From NCBI GenBank assembly GCA_040904885.1, contig JBBDSN010000188.1:17812-81811 (forward strand): a stretch of 64,000 nt of DNA, read 5' to 3'. The notes below the pieces were generated by a model that did no database searches, had not been told where the DNA came from, and saw only the letters and a list, made by a program, of their open reading frames with translations. Of this stretch, positions 29,649 through 39,508 are shown one piece after another (position 1 is the first letter of the stretch; each line of letters starts with the position of its first letter). Source of the stretch: Gemmatimonadota bacterium. GTDB taxonomy: Bacteria > Gemmatimonadota > Gemmatimonadetes > Longimicrobiales > Gaopeijiaceae. Both the position numbers and the translations under genes were made by a program.

Positions 29649-31972
29649 GACTGCGGCCCCGAGCCGCAGATGGCGTCGAGCTCGCCCATACTCACGAGCA
29701 CTTCCCGCCCCTTTGAGCCGTCCGACGGCCCGACCACGCCCGCGTCGTGGAGCTGGTCCACGATACGCGCGGCACGCCCGTACCCGATGCTCAGCTTCCG
29801 CTGGAGCAGCGAGGTCGAGCCGTTCCCGTTCTGGATACACACCTCGGCCGCGGCGCGGAAGAGCTCGTCCCAGTCCCCGGCGATCTCCTCGACCTGCGCG
29901 GCGGCGTCCTCGAGCTCCTGGCTCTTGAGCTCGTCCAGGATGTCGGTCTCCGGGATCGGTTCGTGCTCCACCTCGAGCGCCGCGTCCTTCCGTTCCAACA
30001 GGTCGATGTACCACCCCATCAGGCGCTCCGTGTCCTCCGTCGGCAGATACGCACCCTGGATGCGCACCGGATCGCTCCGGCCCGGCGGCAGGAACAGCAT
30101 GTCCCCGTTGCCGAGGAGCGCGTCCGCGCCGTTCTGGTCCAGGATCGTGCGGGAATCCGTCTTCGAGGCGACCCGGAACGCGATGCGCGTCGGGAAGTTC
30201 GCCTTGATGAGTCCCGTGATGACGTTCACGGATGGCCGCTGGGTGGCCACGATGAGGTGGATCCCGATGGCGCGCGCCTTCTGCGCGAGCTGCGTCAGTG
30301 GCTTCTCGATTTCGCTCTGCACGGTCATCATGAGGTCGGCGAGCTCGTCGACGACCACCACGATGAAGGGCATCACCCCTTCCTGATAGATCCACCGGTC
30401 CTCGTCTCCCTCGGGGCCCTTCGGCTCGCTGCGCTTCAGCAGCGCGCCGTCGCGCACCTTGCGGTTGAATTCCGCGATCGAGCGAACGTGGTTCACCTTG
30501 AGGAGCGAGTAGCGCCGCTCCATCTCGATCACGGCCCACTTGAGTACACCGGCTGCGTCCCTTGGGTCGGTGACGACGTTGTGGCGCAGATGCGGAAGGC
30601 GCGAATAGACCGACAGCTCGACCATCTTCGGGTCGATCATGAGGAGCCGGAGCGTCTCGGGCGTGTGCCGGTAGACGAGGCTCGTCACGATGGTGTTGAT
30701 ACATACGGACTTTCCCGAGCCCGTCGCGCCCGCGATGAGCAGGTGCGGCATCTTCTCGAGCGCGGTGACGTAGGCCCGTCCGCCGAGATCCTTGCCGAGC
30801 GCGAGCGGCAGATCGCCGGCGGCGCGCTTGAAGGCCTGCGTCTCGAGGATCTCCCGAAGGTTCACGATCTCCTTGTCGGGGTTCGGGATCTCGACACCCA
30901 CGGCGCCCTTCCCGGGGATCGGCGCCACGATGCGGACCGTCTGCGCCTTCATGGCGAGCGCGAGGTCGGCGTCCAGATTGGCGATGCGGTTCACCTTCAC
31001 GCCCGGGGCCGGGATGACCTCGAACTGGGTGACCACCGGCCCGGTCGTGCGTCCCCCGAGCTCGCTCTCGACGTTGAACGTGCGGAGCTTCTCGATCAGG
31101 ATCTTCCCGAGATCGTCGAGCCCGGCCTCCATCTTCTCGCGATCCGCGCGCTCGGGTGCGCTGAGCAGGTCGACCGGCGGCATCTCGTGATCGGCGCCGT
31201 CCGGTGTGTTGGGGTCGGGGAACGGATCGTCCTCGGATTCGTGCCCGGCCGGGGACTGAACAGGTTCGGACGCCGCGGTCACGGCCTCCGTTTCCCTCTC
31301 GTCCCACGCTTCGTCGTCGTCCTCGTCCTCCGCCGCATCCCTCATCCACTCGGGTTCGAGACCGGGAACCGGCGCTTCGTCCACCTCCACGACCACGGCT
31401 TGCGCCCGGGCCTCGGCGGCCTCACGGCGCCTCTCCGCCAGGGTGCGAGCGGCACGGCCGGCGGCCCCGCTTCCCGCCGCCATCCCGCGCCCGACGGCGC
31501 GCAGCGGGTTCCAACCCAGCGTCCCGACAGAAAGCGCCACCAGGGCCACACCGCACACCAGTACGGCCCCCAGCCACCCGACCCACTCGAGCAGCGGCGA
31601 GCCGAGCGCGCGGCCGAGCCACCCCGACGCGACGGGTCCCACGGTGATGACCCACACGGTCGTCGGCACGAGGAGGATGAGCCCGGCGCCCAGCCCCGCG
31701 CCACGAAGCGCCAACCCCGGGGCGAGCCACCCCCCCAGGTACAGCCCGCCCACCGTCACGAGCAGCGGCACGAGAAACGCAGTCGCCCCGAGGAACGCGG
31801 TGAGAAGCCCGTGGAGCGTGCCCCCGACGATTCCCATCATGTTTCCGGAAGGGAACCACTCGTCTGCGCGCTCACCGAACACGCTCACCGGCAGGAGAGA
31901 CAGGAGCACGAAGAGCCCGACGGCGAGCAACGCCACCGCGAGGATCTCCCGTCGCTGTTCCGCAGTCAGCAT
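29645..31972 (-). CDS. ftsK: DNA translocase FtsK
   Basis: N-terminal TM helices, acidic linker, motor domain with HLLIAGATGSGKSV Walker A and VVVVDELADLMM, C-terminal gamma domain (LLQRKLSIGYGRAARIVDQL). Confidence 0.95.
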   Translation of the reverse strand: MLTAEQRREILAVALLAVGLFVLLSLLPVSVFGERADEWFPSGNMMGIVGGTLHGLLTAFLGATAFLVPLLVTVGGLYLGGWLAPGLALRGAGLGAGLILLVPTTVWVITVGPVASGWLGRALGSPLLEWVGWLGAVLVCGVALVALSVGTLGWNPLRAVGRGMAAGSGAAGRAARTLAERRREAAEARAQAVVVEVDEAPVPGLEPEWMRDAAEDEDDDEAWDERETEAVTAASEPVQSPAGHESEDDPFPDPNTPDGADHEMPPVDLLSAPERADREKMEAGLDDLGKILIEKLRTFNVESELGGRTTGPVVTQFEVIPAPGVKVNRIANLDADLALAMKAQTVRIVAPIPGKGAVGVEIPNPDKEIVNLREILETQAFKRAAGDLPLALGKDLGGRAYVTALEKMPHLLIAGATGSGKSVCINTIVTSLVYRHTPETLRLLMIDPKMVELSVYSRLPHLRHNVVTDPRDAAGVLKWAVIEMERRYSLLKVNHVRSIAEFNRKVRDGALLKRSEPKGPEGDEDRWIYQEGVMPFIVVVVDELADLMMTVQSEIEKPLTQLAQKARAIGIHLIVATQRPSVNVITGLIKANFPTRIAFRVASKTDSRTILDQNGADALLGNGDMLFLPPGRSDPVRIQGAYLPTEDTERLMGWYIDLLERKDAALEVEHEPIPETDILDELKSQELEDAAAQVEEIAGDWDELFRAAAEVCIQNGNGSTSLLQRKLSIGYGRAARIVDQLHDAGVVGPSDGSKGREVLVSMGELDAICGSGPQS

Positions 31973-31998
31973 GCCTTCTTCAGCCTCGCCCCGTCACA

Positions 31999-32721
31999 TC
32001 AGGACGTGGATAGGGTGATCGCCCGATCCCGCATCTCGGGGACGATCGCGTGTCGGTCGACGTGGGCGCAGATCTCGAGGTCGTCACCCAACCCGACCTC
32101 GACGAGGGCGCGTCCGGCCGACGTCTCCGACAGGAACGTCCGGTCGGGCTGCAAGGAGTCTGCCAGGGCCAGCGCGGCCCGCGATGCGTCGTTCAGGGCA
32201 GCCGTGAAATTCGGCTCGCCGCGGAGCCGCGCGATCAACGTTCCCGCGCAAAGCGCATCCTCGATCGAGAACCGGTCTTCCCTGCCCGCGCACAGGATGG
32301 CCACCGACGTGGCATCCCGGAGCGTCTCCGCCACGGCGCCCAGGTTGGTGAACGCGCAAGCGATCAGCCTCTCGCCCTCCTCGCCCGCGGCGAACGCGCG
32401 CGTCCCGTTCGTCGTGCTCATGACCAGACGCTTTCCCGACACGGCGTCCGAGGTGAACTCCCTGGGAGAGTTGCCCAGGTCGAAGCCCTCGACCTTGGCG
32501 GCCTTCCGCTCCCCACACAGGAGGGTGTCGTCGCGACCGAGGGACGTCGCGAGCTTGACCGCTTCTTCGGTGGAGCCCGTCGGGTAGATCCCGCCCGCGC
32601 CGTGCGCCAGCGCCTCCACCATCGTGGTGGTGGCCCGGATCACGTCGATCACGACCACGACCGAAGAGGCGAGCGACGCCGGATCGACTTCCTCGACCGT
32701 GAAGTAGGTGTCGATCTTCAT
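31999..32721 (-). CDS. comB: 2-phosphosulfolactate phosphatase (ComB) family protein
   Basis: [12 protein letters not shown] and [11 protein letters not shown] motifs. Length 240 aa. The start overlaps the accC stop as ATGA. Confidence 0.75.
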   Translation of the reverse strand: MKIDTYFTVEEVDPASLASSVVVVIDVIRATTTMVEALAHGAGGIYPTGSTEEAVKLATSLGRDDTLLCGERKAAKVEGFDLGNSPREFTSDAVSGKRLVMSTTNGTRAFAAGEEGERLIACAFTNLGAVAETLRDATSVAILCAGREDRFSIEDALCAGTLIARLRGEPNFTAALNDASRAALALADSLQPDRTFLSETSAGRALVEVGLGDDLEICAHVDRHAIVPEMRDRAITLSTS

Positions 32722-34076
32722 GCGTCCTGCCGCGCGGCGTCCTCCGCCTGGATCCGGGCGACGAAGCCCGTGTCCACGTCGCCCCGGATGAACGCGTCAT
32801 CGTCGAGGATACGGCGCAGGAAGGGCAACGTCGTGTGCACACCCTCGATGATGAACTGGTCGAGCGAATGCCGCGCCCGGACGATTGCTTCCGCCCTGTC
32901 CCGCCCGCTCACGATGAGCTTCGCGATGAGCGAATCGTAGTAGGGCGGCACCTTGTAGCCGGCGTAGACGTGGGTGTCGAGGCGCACGCCGGGACCGCCT
33001 GGCGGGTGGAAGGTATGAATGGTGCCGGGCGAGGGCGCGAAGTTGCGGCTCGGGTCCTCCGCGTTGATGCGGAACTCGATGGCGTGCCCACGCAACTCGG
33101 CGCCCGGCACGGAAAGCGGCTCCCCAGCAGCGACCCGGATCTGCTCCTTCACGAGGTCGACGCCGGTCGTCACCTCCGTGACCGGATGCTCCACCTGAAT
33201 GCGGGTGTTCATCTCCATGAAGTAGAACGACCCGTCCTGGTCGAGCAGGAACTCCACGGTGCCGGCGCCCACGTAATCGATGGACTGGGCCGCGCGGACC
33301 GCCGCTTCCCCCATCTCGGCGCGCAGCTCGGGCGTGAGGGCCGGCGAGGGCGCCTCCTCGAGAAGCTTCTGGTGGCGACGCTGGATGGAGCAGTCGCGCT
33401 CCCCGAAGTGCACGACCTTACCCTGGCTGTCGCCGAACACCTGGATCTCGACGTGGCGCGGCTTCAGGATACAGCGCTCGAGATACACCGCGGCGTTTCC
33501 GAACGCCGCCTGCGCCTCGACCTGGGCGGACCTGAGCAGCTTCTCGAACGTCTCCGGCTTGTCCGCGATGCGCATGCCCTTCCCCCCTCCACCCGCCGAA
33601 GCCTTGACCATGATCGGATACCCGATCTCGTCGGCGATCCTGCGAGCCTCGTCCATGTCCTCGACGACGCCCTCGGAGCCAGGGACAGTCGGCACGCCGA
33701 CGTCCATCATCGTACGCCGCGCCGTGGCCTTGTCGCCCATCAACCGGATCTGTTCCGGGGTGGGACCGATGAACACGAGGTCCGAGCGCGTGCAGATCTC
33801 GCTGAAGTCGGCGTTCTCGGCCAGAAAGCCGTATCCGGGGTGGATGGCCTCGGCCCCGGTGATCTCGGCCGCGGCAATGATGCGCGGAATGTTCAGGTAG
33901 CTCTCGTTCGCGGGGGGCGGACCGATGCAGACGTCCTCGTCGGCGAACCGAACGTGGAGCGACTCCCGGTCGGCCTCTGAATAGACCGCGACCGTCTTGA
34001 TGCCGAGCTCGTGGCACGCCCGGATGATGCGCAGCGCGATCTCGCCGCGATTGGCAATCAGGACCTTCTGGAACAA
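32718..34076 (-). CDS. accC: acetyl-CoA carboxylase biotin carboxylase subunit
   Basis: [49 protein letters not shown]. The start codon appears to be TTG, with GGAGGG upstream. Confidence 0.95.
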   Translation of the reverse strand: MFQKVLIANRGEIALRIIRACHELGIKTVAVYSEADRESLHVRFADEDVCIGPPPANESYLNIPRIIAAAEITGAEAIHPGYGFLAENADFSEICTRSDLVFIGPTPEQIRLMGDKATARRTMMDVGVPTVPGSEGVVEDMDEARRIADEIGYPIMVKASAGGGGKGMRIADKPETFEKLLRSAQVEAQAAFGNAAVYLERCILKPRHVEIQVFGDSQGKVVHFGERDCSIQRRHQKLLEEAPSPALTPELRAEMGEAAVRAAQSIDYVGAGTVEFLLDQDGSFYFMEMNTRIQVEHPVTEVTTGVDLVKEQIRVAAGEPLSVPGAELRGHAIEFRINAEDPSRNFAPSPGTIHTFHPPGGPGVRLDTHVYAGYKVPPYYDSLIAKLIVSGRDRAEAIVRARHSLDQFIIEGVHTTLPFLRRILDDDAFIRGDVDTGFVARIQAEDAARQDA

Positions 34077-34185
34077 GCGTAACCCTCCATGAACGCGGCA
34101 CGCCCGACCGTGAGAGTCCGGACGTGCCTCGACTCCCCCGACCTAGGGGAGAATGATTCGGTCTGCCGTACCGGCGCGACGTGCG

Positions 34186-34671
34186 TCAGCTCGGACGGAC
34201 CCGGAACAGGACCTGCCCGAACTCCACGGGCTGCGCGTTCTCCAGGCAGATCTCGACGATCGTGCCCTTCACCTCGCTCTCGAGCTCGTTCATCAGCTTC
34301 ATCGCTTCGATGATGCAGAGCGTGTCCCCGAGCGCGATCTTCGTGCCTTCCTCTACGTAGGAGGGCGCGTCGGGCGCCGGGGCCCGGTAGAACGTGCCCA
34401 CCATCGGGGAGGTGATCTCCAGCAGGTTCTCGTCGGCGGCGGACGTGGGCGAGGGCTTCGCTTCCGGCGCCGAGGGACCCGGCGTAGTCGCGCCCTGCGG
34501 CGGTGGGAGAGGCGCCGCCGCCGGAGCCGCATGCATGACGGGCGCCGCCGCGGCCGCGGGCGGCGTCTTGGCGAGACGGACCCTCGTGCCCCCACGCTCG
34601 ATCTCGAGCGAATCCACGCTGCTCTCGTCGAACGCACGAATCAAGCGCTCCATGAACTCTAGGTCGATCAT
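34186..34671 (-). CDS. accB: biotin carboxyl carrier protein
   Basis: Pro/Ala-rich linker, then the biotinyl domain with CIIEAMKLMNE. The start overlaps the efp stop as ATGA. Confidence 0.92.
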   Translation of the reverse strand: MIDLEFMERLIRAFDESSVDSLEIERGGTRVRLAKTPPAAAAAPVMHAAPAAAPLPPPQGATTPGPSAPEAKPSPTSAADENLLEITSPMVGTFYRAPAPDAPSYVEEGTKIALGDTLCIIEAMKLMNELESEVKGTIVEICLENAQPVEFGQVLFRVRPS

Positions 34672-35234
34672 GCGTTTACCCTGGAAAGGTACTTGTCTTC
34701 GGTTCGGTCGATCCGGAGCACGTCGCCCTGATCCACGAAGAGCGGGACCTGGATGACGGCGCCCGTCTCGAGCTTTGCGGGCTTGGTCGCCCCCTGGGCC
34801 GTGTCGCCCTTGAAGCCGGGATCGGTCTCGGTGACCTCCAGCTCGACGAACTGCGGAAGCTCGACGCTGATGACCTTGTCGCGGTGCACCAGCCCCTCGC
34901 ACTCCATGTTCTCCTTCAGATACTTGAGCTGCTCCTGTCCGAGCAGATCACCCGCGATGGGGATCATGTCGAAGGTATTGGCGTCCATGAAGAAGTAGAG
35001 AACGCCGTCGGTGTAGCTGTAGTTCACCGGGCGGCGCTCGAGGCGGACGTCGGTGACCTTTTCGCCGGACCGGTATGTCTTTTCGACGACAGCACCGGTC
35101 AGGACGTTCTTGAGCTTCGTGCGCACGAACGCGCCGCCCTTGCCGGGCTTCACGTGTTGGAAATATGTGATGGACCAGAGATCACCGTCGATCTCGAGAA
35201 CCATCCCGTTGCGGAAATCCGCGGTGCTCGCCAT
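34668..35234 (-). CDS. efp: elongation factor P
   Basis: FRNGMVLEIDGDLWSITYFQHVKPGKGGAFVRTKLKN. Length 188 aa. Confidence 0.95.
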   Translation of the reverse strand: MASTADFRNGMVLEIDGDLWSITYFQHVKPGKGGAFVRTKLKNVLTGAVVEKTYRSGEKVTDVRLERRPVNYSYTDGVLYFFMDANTFDMIPIAGDLLGQEQLKYLKENMECEGLVHRDKVISVELPQFVELEVTETDPGFKGDTAQGATKPAKLETGAVIQVPLFVDQGDVLRIDRTEDKYLSRVNA

Positions 35235-35278
35235 GCGGCCTCGCGTTGAGAATCGTGTGTCGGGACTGGCACGGCGAC

Positions 35279-35713
35279 CTAGTCGCCGAGCCGGGCCACC
35301 AGGCCCTGGAGCCCTAGAAGATAGCTCTGGACGCCGAACCCATAAACCACACCGGCGGCCACGCCCGAAAGATACGAGTGGTGCCGGAACGGCTCGCGTC
35401 CCGCCGTGTTGGACAGATGCACCTCCACGAACGGGCGATCGACGCCGGTCAGGGCGTCTCGGAGCGCGACCGAAGTATGGGTAAAGGCGCCGGGATTGAT
35501 GACGAACCCCGCCACGCGTGCCGCCGCCTCCTCGATGAAGTCGAGCAGCTCGCCCTCGTGGTTCGACTGGAAGGTCTCGAGCTCGACGCCCAACTCACCC
35601 GCGCGCTGGGCGAGCGCGGCGTCGACATCGGCGAGGGTGGCGGTCCCGTAGACGTCTGGCTCCCGCTTGCCGAGAAGCCTCAAATTGGGTCCATGGATGA
35701 CGCCGACCTTCAC
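35279..35713 (-). CDS. aroQ: type II 3-dehydroquinate dehydratase
   Basis: [48 protein letters not shown] motifs. Confidence 0.93.
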   Translation of the reverse strand: MKVGVIHGPNLRLLGKREPDVYGTATLADVDAALAQRAGELGVELETFQSNHEGELLDFIEEAAARVAGFVINPGAFTHTSVALRDALTGVDRPFVEVHLSNTAGREPFRHHSYLSGVAAGVVYGFGVQSYLLGLQGLVARLGD

Positions 35714-36903
35714 GCCCGCCCCTTGGGCTGCCAGCTGAGGAGCTCGTCGAAGTACGTCCCGATGCTCGGGCCCTCGGGAGCGGGCTCCGCCTCATCGTCC
35801 GGCTCTTCCGCACCGGCCCACGCGAAGGGCGTCTCCAACCGGGGCTCCTCGCTCCGGTTTTCCACGAGGTCGCGCGCGAGCGACTCCAACTCGTCGTCCG
35901 GTGTGCGGGCGCGTTCGCTTTCCGGACGGCCCCGGCCACCGGCCACCGGGTCCGCCGACGCGTCCGGGTCTTTCGGCGAGTCCGGTACCGATGCGCCGGA
36001 GCGTTGCGTTTCGAGCTCCAGCAACCGCGCCTCCAACCCGGCATCGTCCGGATGCTCGGCTCGAAGCTGCCTGAAGACCTCGACTGCACGGTCGATGAAG
36101 CCCTGGCGTGCGTACAACTCCGCCAAGGTACGGGTGTAGATGCGCGGCGCTCCGGCGCCGGCGTCCGCCGCGGACCCGCGCTCGCCCTCCGGTCTGCGCT
36201 CATTCCCCGGGTTCGTCGGGGTGGAAGAGGAAGTCTGCCCGGCCACCGGTGGAGCGGGGTCAGCGATCTGGAAGGCGGGCTCGTCCGGTGCCAGATCCGC
36301 CAAGTCCACGACGGCTTCGTCGGGCGCGAGGTCCGCCACGTCCACGACGGCTTCATCGGGCGCGAGGTCCGCCACGTCCAGAACGGGCTCATCGGGCGCG
36401 AGGTCCGCAATATCCAGCACGGCCTCGTCCGGGGCCAACGCGGCGACGTCCAGCACCGGCTCGTCGGGCGCCAGGTCCGCGACGTCCAGCGTGGGCTCCG
36501 GAGCCTCCGCCAGCCCCTCTTCCTCGAGTACTTCGGGCTCGAGCATCGCCAGCATCGTCCGGGTCTCCGCGGCCTCGTCGGTCTTTCCGGCCGACTGGAG
36601 GACCCGCAGAAGCGCGGCCATCGCGATCACGTTGTCGGGATCGAGGTCGAGCGCACGACGCGCCGCGATCTCCCCCTCCTCCAGAAGGCCCTGCTCCGCA
36701 TAGAGGCGGGCGGCGACCACGTGGCCCGACGCGAAGTCCGGCAGCCGCGCGATGCCGTCGGTCAGAAGACCGAACGCTTTGCGGGGCTGCCCCGCCCGGC
36801 GATAGGCGTCGGCGAGAGGAGCGAAGGCTCGCCCGTCCGGGTCACGATCCGAACCCAGTATGGCGTGGAGCGTCCGGATTTCTTCTTCCAGTGGCTCAAG
36901 CAC
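35710..36903 (-). CDS. cytoplasmic TPR protein with internal acidic 12-residue tandem repeats
   Basis: N-terminal TPR-like helices ([29 protein letters not shown]), six DxADLAPDExVx units, and a second TPR-like block ([21 protein letters not shown]). No signal peptide. GTG start with GGAG 7 nt upstream. Confidence 0.75.
   Translation of the reverse strand: MLEPLEEEIRTLHAILGSDRDPDGRAFAPLADAYRRAGQPRKAFGLLTDGIARLPDFASGHVVAARLYAEQGLLEEGEIAARRALDLDPDNVIAMAALLRVLQSAGKTDEAAETRTMLAMLEPEVLEEEGLAEAPEPTLDVADLAPDEPVLDVAALAPDEAVLDIADLAPDEPVLDVADLAPDEAVVDVADLAPDEAVVDLADLAPDEPAFQIADPAPPVAGQTSSSTPTNPGNERRPEGERGSAADAGAGAPRIYTRTLAELYARQGFIDRAVEVFRQLRAEHPDDAGLEARLLELETQRSGASVPDSPKDPDASADPVAGGRGRPESERARTPDDELESLARDLVENRSEEPRLETPFAWAGAEEPDDEAEPAPEGPSIGTYFDELLSWQPKGRA
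36271..36486 (-). repeat. six head-to-tail 36-bp in-frame repeats, with a degenerate seventh unit down to about 36250
   Basis: Units read directly from the sequence. Units 4 and 5 differ at a single base. Other neighbouring units differ at up to roughly 10 of 36 nt. Confidence 0.9.
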
Positions 36904-37117
36904 GAGAACTCCGGAGGTCTGGCCGAGGAGGAGGGGCGTCGAAGTCGGAATGACCTATGCCGACCCCAAGCATGCGCCCGCAAGATACGGAGGGCGCGGA
37001 AATGGTGTCAACGCGAAAGATGGGCGCGAGCGTCCCGAGGGAACAGGAGCAGGCTCTGGCCCGTATGCCATACCCGGGGTCGCGCCGGGACCTGCGAGCC
37101 CGTGGTTCGTGGTTCCG

Positions 37118-37146
37118 TTGAGTGGGAACCGGCGACCGGTTATCCT
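37118..37146 (+). promoter_or_regulatory. candidate sigma-70-like promoter for the ppiD-like gene
   Basis: TTGAGT-N17-TATCCT about 60 nt upstream of ATG 37206. AGGAG lies 10 nt upstream of the start. Pattern match only; the promoter consensus of this lineage is unknown. Confidence 0.25.
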
Positions 37147-37205
37147 TCCTGTTCTATTCTCGCAGCACCTTTCCACCCGGTCAGGGTCGTAGGAGACGCC
37201 GTCTT

Positions 37206-39038
37206 ATGATGCGTCAAATGAGGGAAGCGACGAAGCCGATCATGCTGTTTACAGCACTCGCCTTCGTCGCGCTCATGGTTTTCGAATGGGGCATGGACGC
37301 CAGCGGCATGAGCTCCGGCTCGGTCGGTGAGATCGGCAGCGTCAACGGCGATCCCGTCATGTACGATGCCTACATGGCCTCCTACCGGCGGCTCTACGAC
37401 CAAGCTCAGCAATCACAGGAAGGGCTCATCAGCACGCAGCAGAATCGCGAGTTGGAGGACGCCGCTTTTGACGAGGTCGTGACGCAGATCCTCATCCAGC
37501 AGGAGCTCGACGAGCGCGGCATTTCCGTCAGCGACCGTGAGATCAGCGAGGCGGCCCAGTTCAGCCCGCCCGAGTACCTCATCCCCCAGTTCGTGACCGA
37601 GCAGGGTCAGTTCGATCTCCAGGGCTACCAGTCGTTCCTGGCATCGCTTCCGGCCGACCAGCTCCTGATCCTGGAGGGCTATTACCGAGACGTCATCCCG
37701 CGGAGCAAGCTGCTCCGCCAGGTGACCTCCGGGATCTTCGTGAGCGACGCCGACCTCTGGCAGCGCTGGCAGGACGAGACCGAGCAGGTCGAGATCCGTT
37801 ACGTGCCGGTCGATCCGGCGACCCGTTACCCGGACGACGAGTTCACGGTCACGGACGCCGAGGTTCAGGACTACTACGACGACAACCAAGAGCAGTTCGA
37901 GATTCCGGCGCGCGCTACGGTGAAGGCCGTCGTGCTGCCGAAGACGCCGACCGCCGCCGACACGGTCGCCTCACTCGAACGCGCCCGGGAATTGCGCGCG
38001 GAAATCGTCGAGGGTGAGGACTTCGCGGAGGTCGCGCAGCGTGCCTCGGCCGACCAGAATTCGGCCCGGGCAGGCGGAGATCTCGGGGTCGTCACGAGGG
38101 GACAGATGACGCCCCCGTTCGATTCCGCCGTATTCGCGGCCCCGATCGGGCAGGTCACCGAGCCGGTCCAGACGACGTTCGGCTTCCACCTCATCGAGGT
38201 GACCGAGCGCTGGGCCCAGGACAGCGCCCAGGCCCGCCACGTGCTCGTACCGATCGAGCGCACGGACGACAGCGAGATCCAGATCCTCACGCTCGCGGAC
38301 TCGCTCGAGGACATGACGGAGACGTACACGATCGAGGAGGCGGCGCAGGGCGTGGGCGCGACCGTCAACACGCTCGAGATCAGCGAGACCTTCCCGTTCG
38401 TCGCCGGTGCCGGTCAGGTGTCGGAGGGCGCGGACTGGACCTTCGAAGAAGCCGAATCCGGGGACGTCAGTCCGGTGTTCGAGACCGACCAGGCGTTCTA
38501 TGCGCTGGAGTTGATCAGCGCGGAACCGGCGGGGGTCCTTCCGCTTCAGGACGTGCGCGCTTCGATCGAGACCACGCTCCGACTGGAGAAGAAGCTGGAG
38601 CGCGCCCGCGAAGAAGGACGTGGAGTCGTGGAACGCGTGCGCGGCGGCGAGGCGCTCGCCAACGTGGCCGACGACCTCGGCCTCGCGATCCGCAGCGCCG
38701 GACCCTTCACCCGGGTGGATTTCGTCCCGGGGATCGGTCGGCAGAATGCGGCCGTCGGTGCGGCGTTCGGCACGCCGGTAGGCGAGGTGAGCGACGTCGT
38801 CACGACGGCATCCAACGCCTTCGTGATCGAGGCCGTGGACCACATTCCGGCCGACTCGCTCGCGTGGCGCGAGCAGATCGACGAGCAGCGCGCCACGGTG
38901 ATCGCCCAGCTCGAGCAGCAGCGCCTCGAGGCGTGGATCACCGCGCTACGGGAGTCCGCCCGGATCGTCGACCGGAGAGCCGAAGTGTTGCGCGAGCCGG
39001 CTGAAGAGGCCCCGGTTCAGATGCCGATAGGCTTCTGA
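37206..39038 (+). CDS. ppiD: membrane-anchored periplasmic peptidyl-prolyl isomerase / chaperone (PpiD/SurA-like)
   Basis: N-terminal TM helix (IMLFTALAFVALMVF), long chaperone-like region, parvulin domain (FAEVAQRASAD..SARAGGDLG...FGFHLIEV). Confidence 0.8.
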   Translation: MMRQMREATKPIMLFTALAFVALMVFEWGMDASGMSSGSVGEIGSVNGDPVMYDAYMASYRRLYDQAQQSQEGLISTQQNRELEDAAFDEVVTQILIQQELDERGISVSDREISEAAQFSPPEYLIPQFVTEQGQFDLQGYQSFLASLPADQLLILEGYYRDVIPRSKLLRQVTSGIFVSDADLWQRWQDETEQVEIRYVPVDPATRYPDDEFTVTDAEVQDYYDDNQEQFEIPARATVKAVVLPKTPTAADTVASLERARELRAEIVEGEDFAEVAQRASADQNSARAGGDLGVVTRGQMTPPFDSAVFAAPIGQVTEPVQTTFGFHLIEVTERWAQDSAQARHVLVPIERTDDSEIQILTLADSLEDMTETYTIEEAAQGVGATVNTLEISETFPFVAGAGQVSEGADWTFEEAESGDVSPVFETDQAFYALELISAEPAGVLPLQDVRASIETTLRLEKKLERAREEGRGVVERVRGGEALANVADDLGLAIRSAGPFTRVDFVPGIGRQNAAVGAAFGTPVGEVSDVVTTASNAFVIEAVDHIPADSLAWREQIDEQRATVIAQLEQQRLEAWITALRESARIVDRRAEVLREPAEEAPVQMPIGF

Positions 39039-39071
39039 GACCGAACGAAGCGGCTCGAGGTCCAGCATACG

Positions 39072-39117
39072 AAAAGACCGGCCGCCGGGAATCACATCCC
39101 GGCGGCCGGTCTTTTTT
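39072..39117. terminator. bidirectional rho-independent terminator between the convergent ppiD-like gene and tatA
   Basis: AAAAGACCGGCCGCCGGGA-loop(ATCACA)-TCCCGGCGGCCGGTCTTTTTT: a perfect GC-rich stem flanked by an A-tract and a T-tract. Confidence 0.85.
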
Positions 39118-39138
39118 CATGGAGCCCTCGCCCGAAGA

Positions 39139-39438
39139 TCAGGTTGACGTCGATGACGTCTCATTCAGACTCCGCGGACCGCCGTCGTCATCGTCCTCGA
39201 CGGGCGGCTTGGCCTGCTGCTCCTCCCCGTCCTCCGACTGAGCCGAAGGACGCTTGATCTGCTGGCGCTGGTCGGGAACCTTGAGCTCCTTCTCGATATC
39301 GCTCACCGAGCTCTTGAACTCGCGGATCCCCTTCCCCAGCGACGACCCGATCTCGGGAAGCCGTTTGGCGCCGAAGAGAAGGAGCACGATCAGGAAGATG
39401 AAGATCATCTCCCCCATTCCGAATCCACCGAAACCCAT
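39139..39438 (-). CDS. tatA: twin-arginine translocase TatA/E-family protein
   Basis: GEMIFIFLIVLLLFGAKRLPEIGSSLGKGIREFK. Confidence 0.92.
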   Translation of the reverse strand: MGFGGFGMGEMIFIFLIVLLLFGAKRLPEIGSSLGKGIREFKSSVSDIEKELKVPDQRQQIKRPSAQSEDGEEQQAKPPVEDDDDGGPRSLNETSSTST

Positions 39439-39508
39439 AGGTCAAACCTCCGTGGGGGTCACCGGACCCCTCGTTGCGGGCGCGGGCCGCATCTCGAACC
39501 GAAAAGGC

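Noticed and set aside
29747-32587. 946-aa plus-strand ORF antisense to ftsK and comB, the longest ORF in the track.
   Set aside because: Across ftsK it is exactly in register with the sense codons (offset 102 nt from the ftsK stop). Antisense stops then require the rare sense codons TTA, CTA or TCA. The translation is Arg/Pro/Gly/His-rich with no motifs, whereas the minus-strand product is an unmistakable FtsK. This is the expected high-GC shadow ORF.
36271-36486. I considered whether the regular 36-bp repeats are a CRISPR array.
   Set aside because: The units are contiguous with no spacers. They are in frame within a long ORF of coding composition, they encode a coherent peptide repeat, and no cas genes are present.
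36860-37192. ORFs inside the 302-bp divergent spacer (36860..37192 plus strand, 36955..37176 minus strand, 36762..36983 minus strand).
   Set aside because: There is no ribosome-binding site. The products are Arg/Gly/Pro-rich, and the ORFs overlap the region needed for two divergent promoters. Treated as non-coding.
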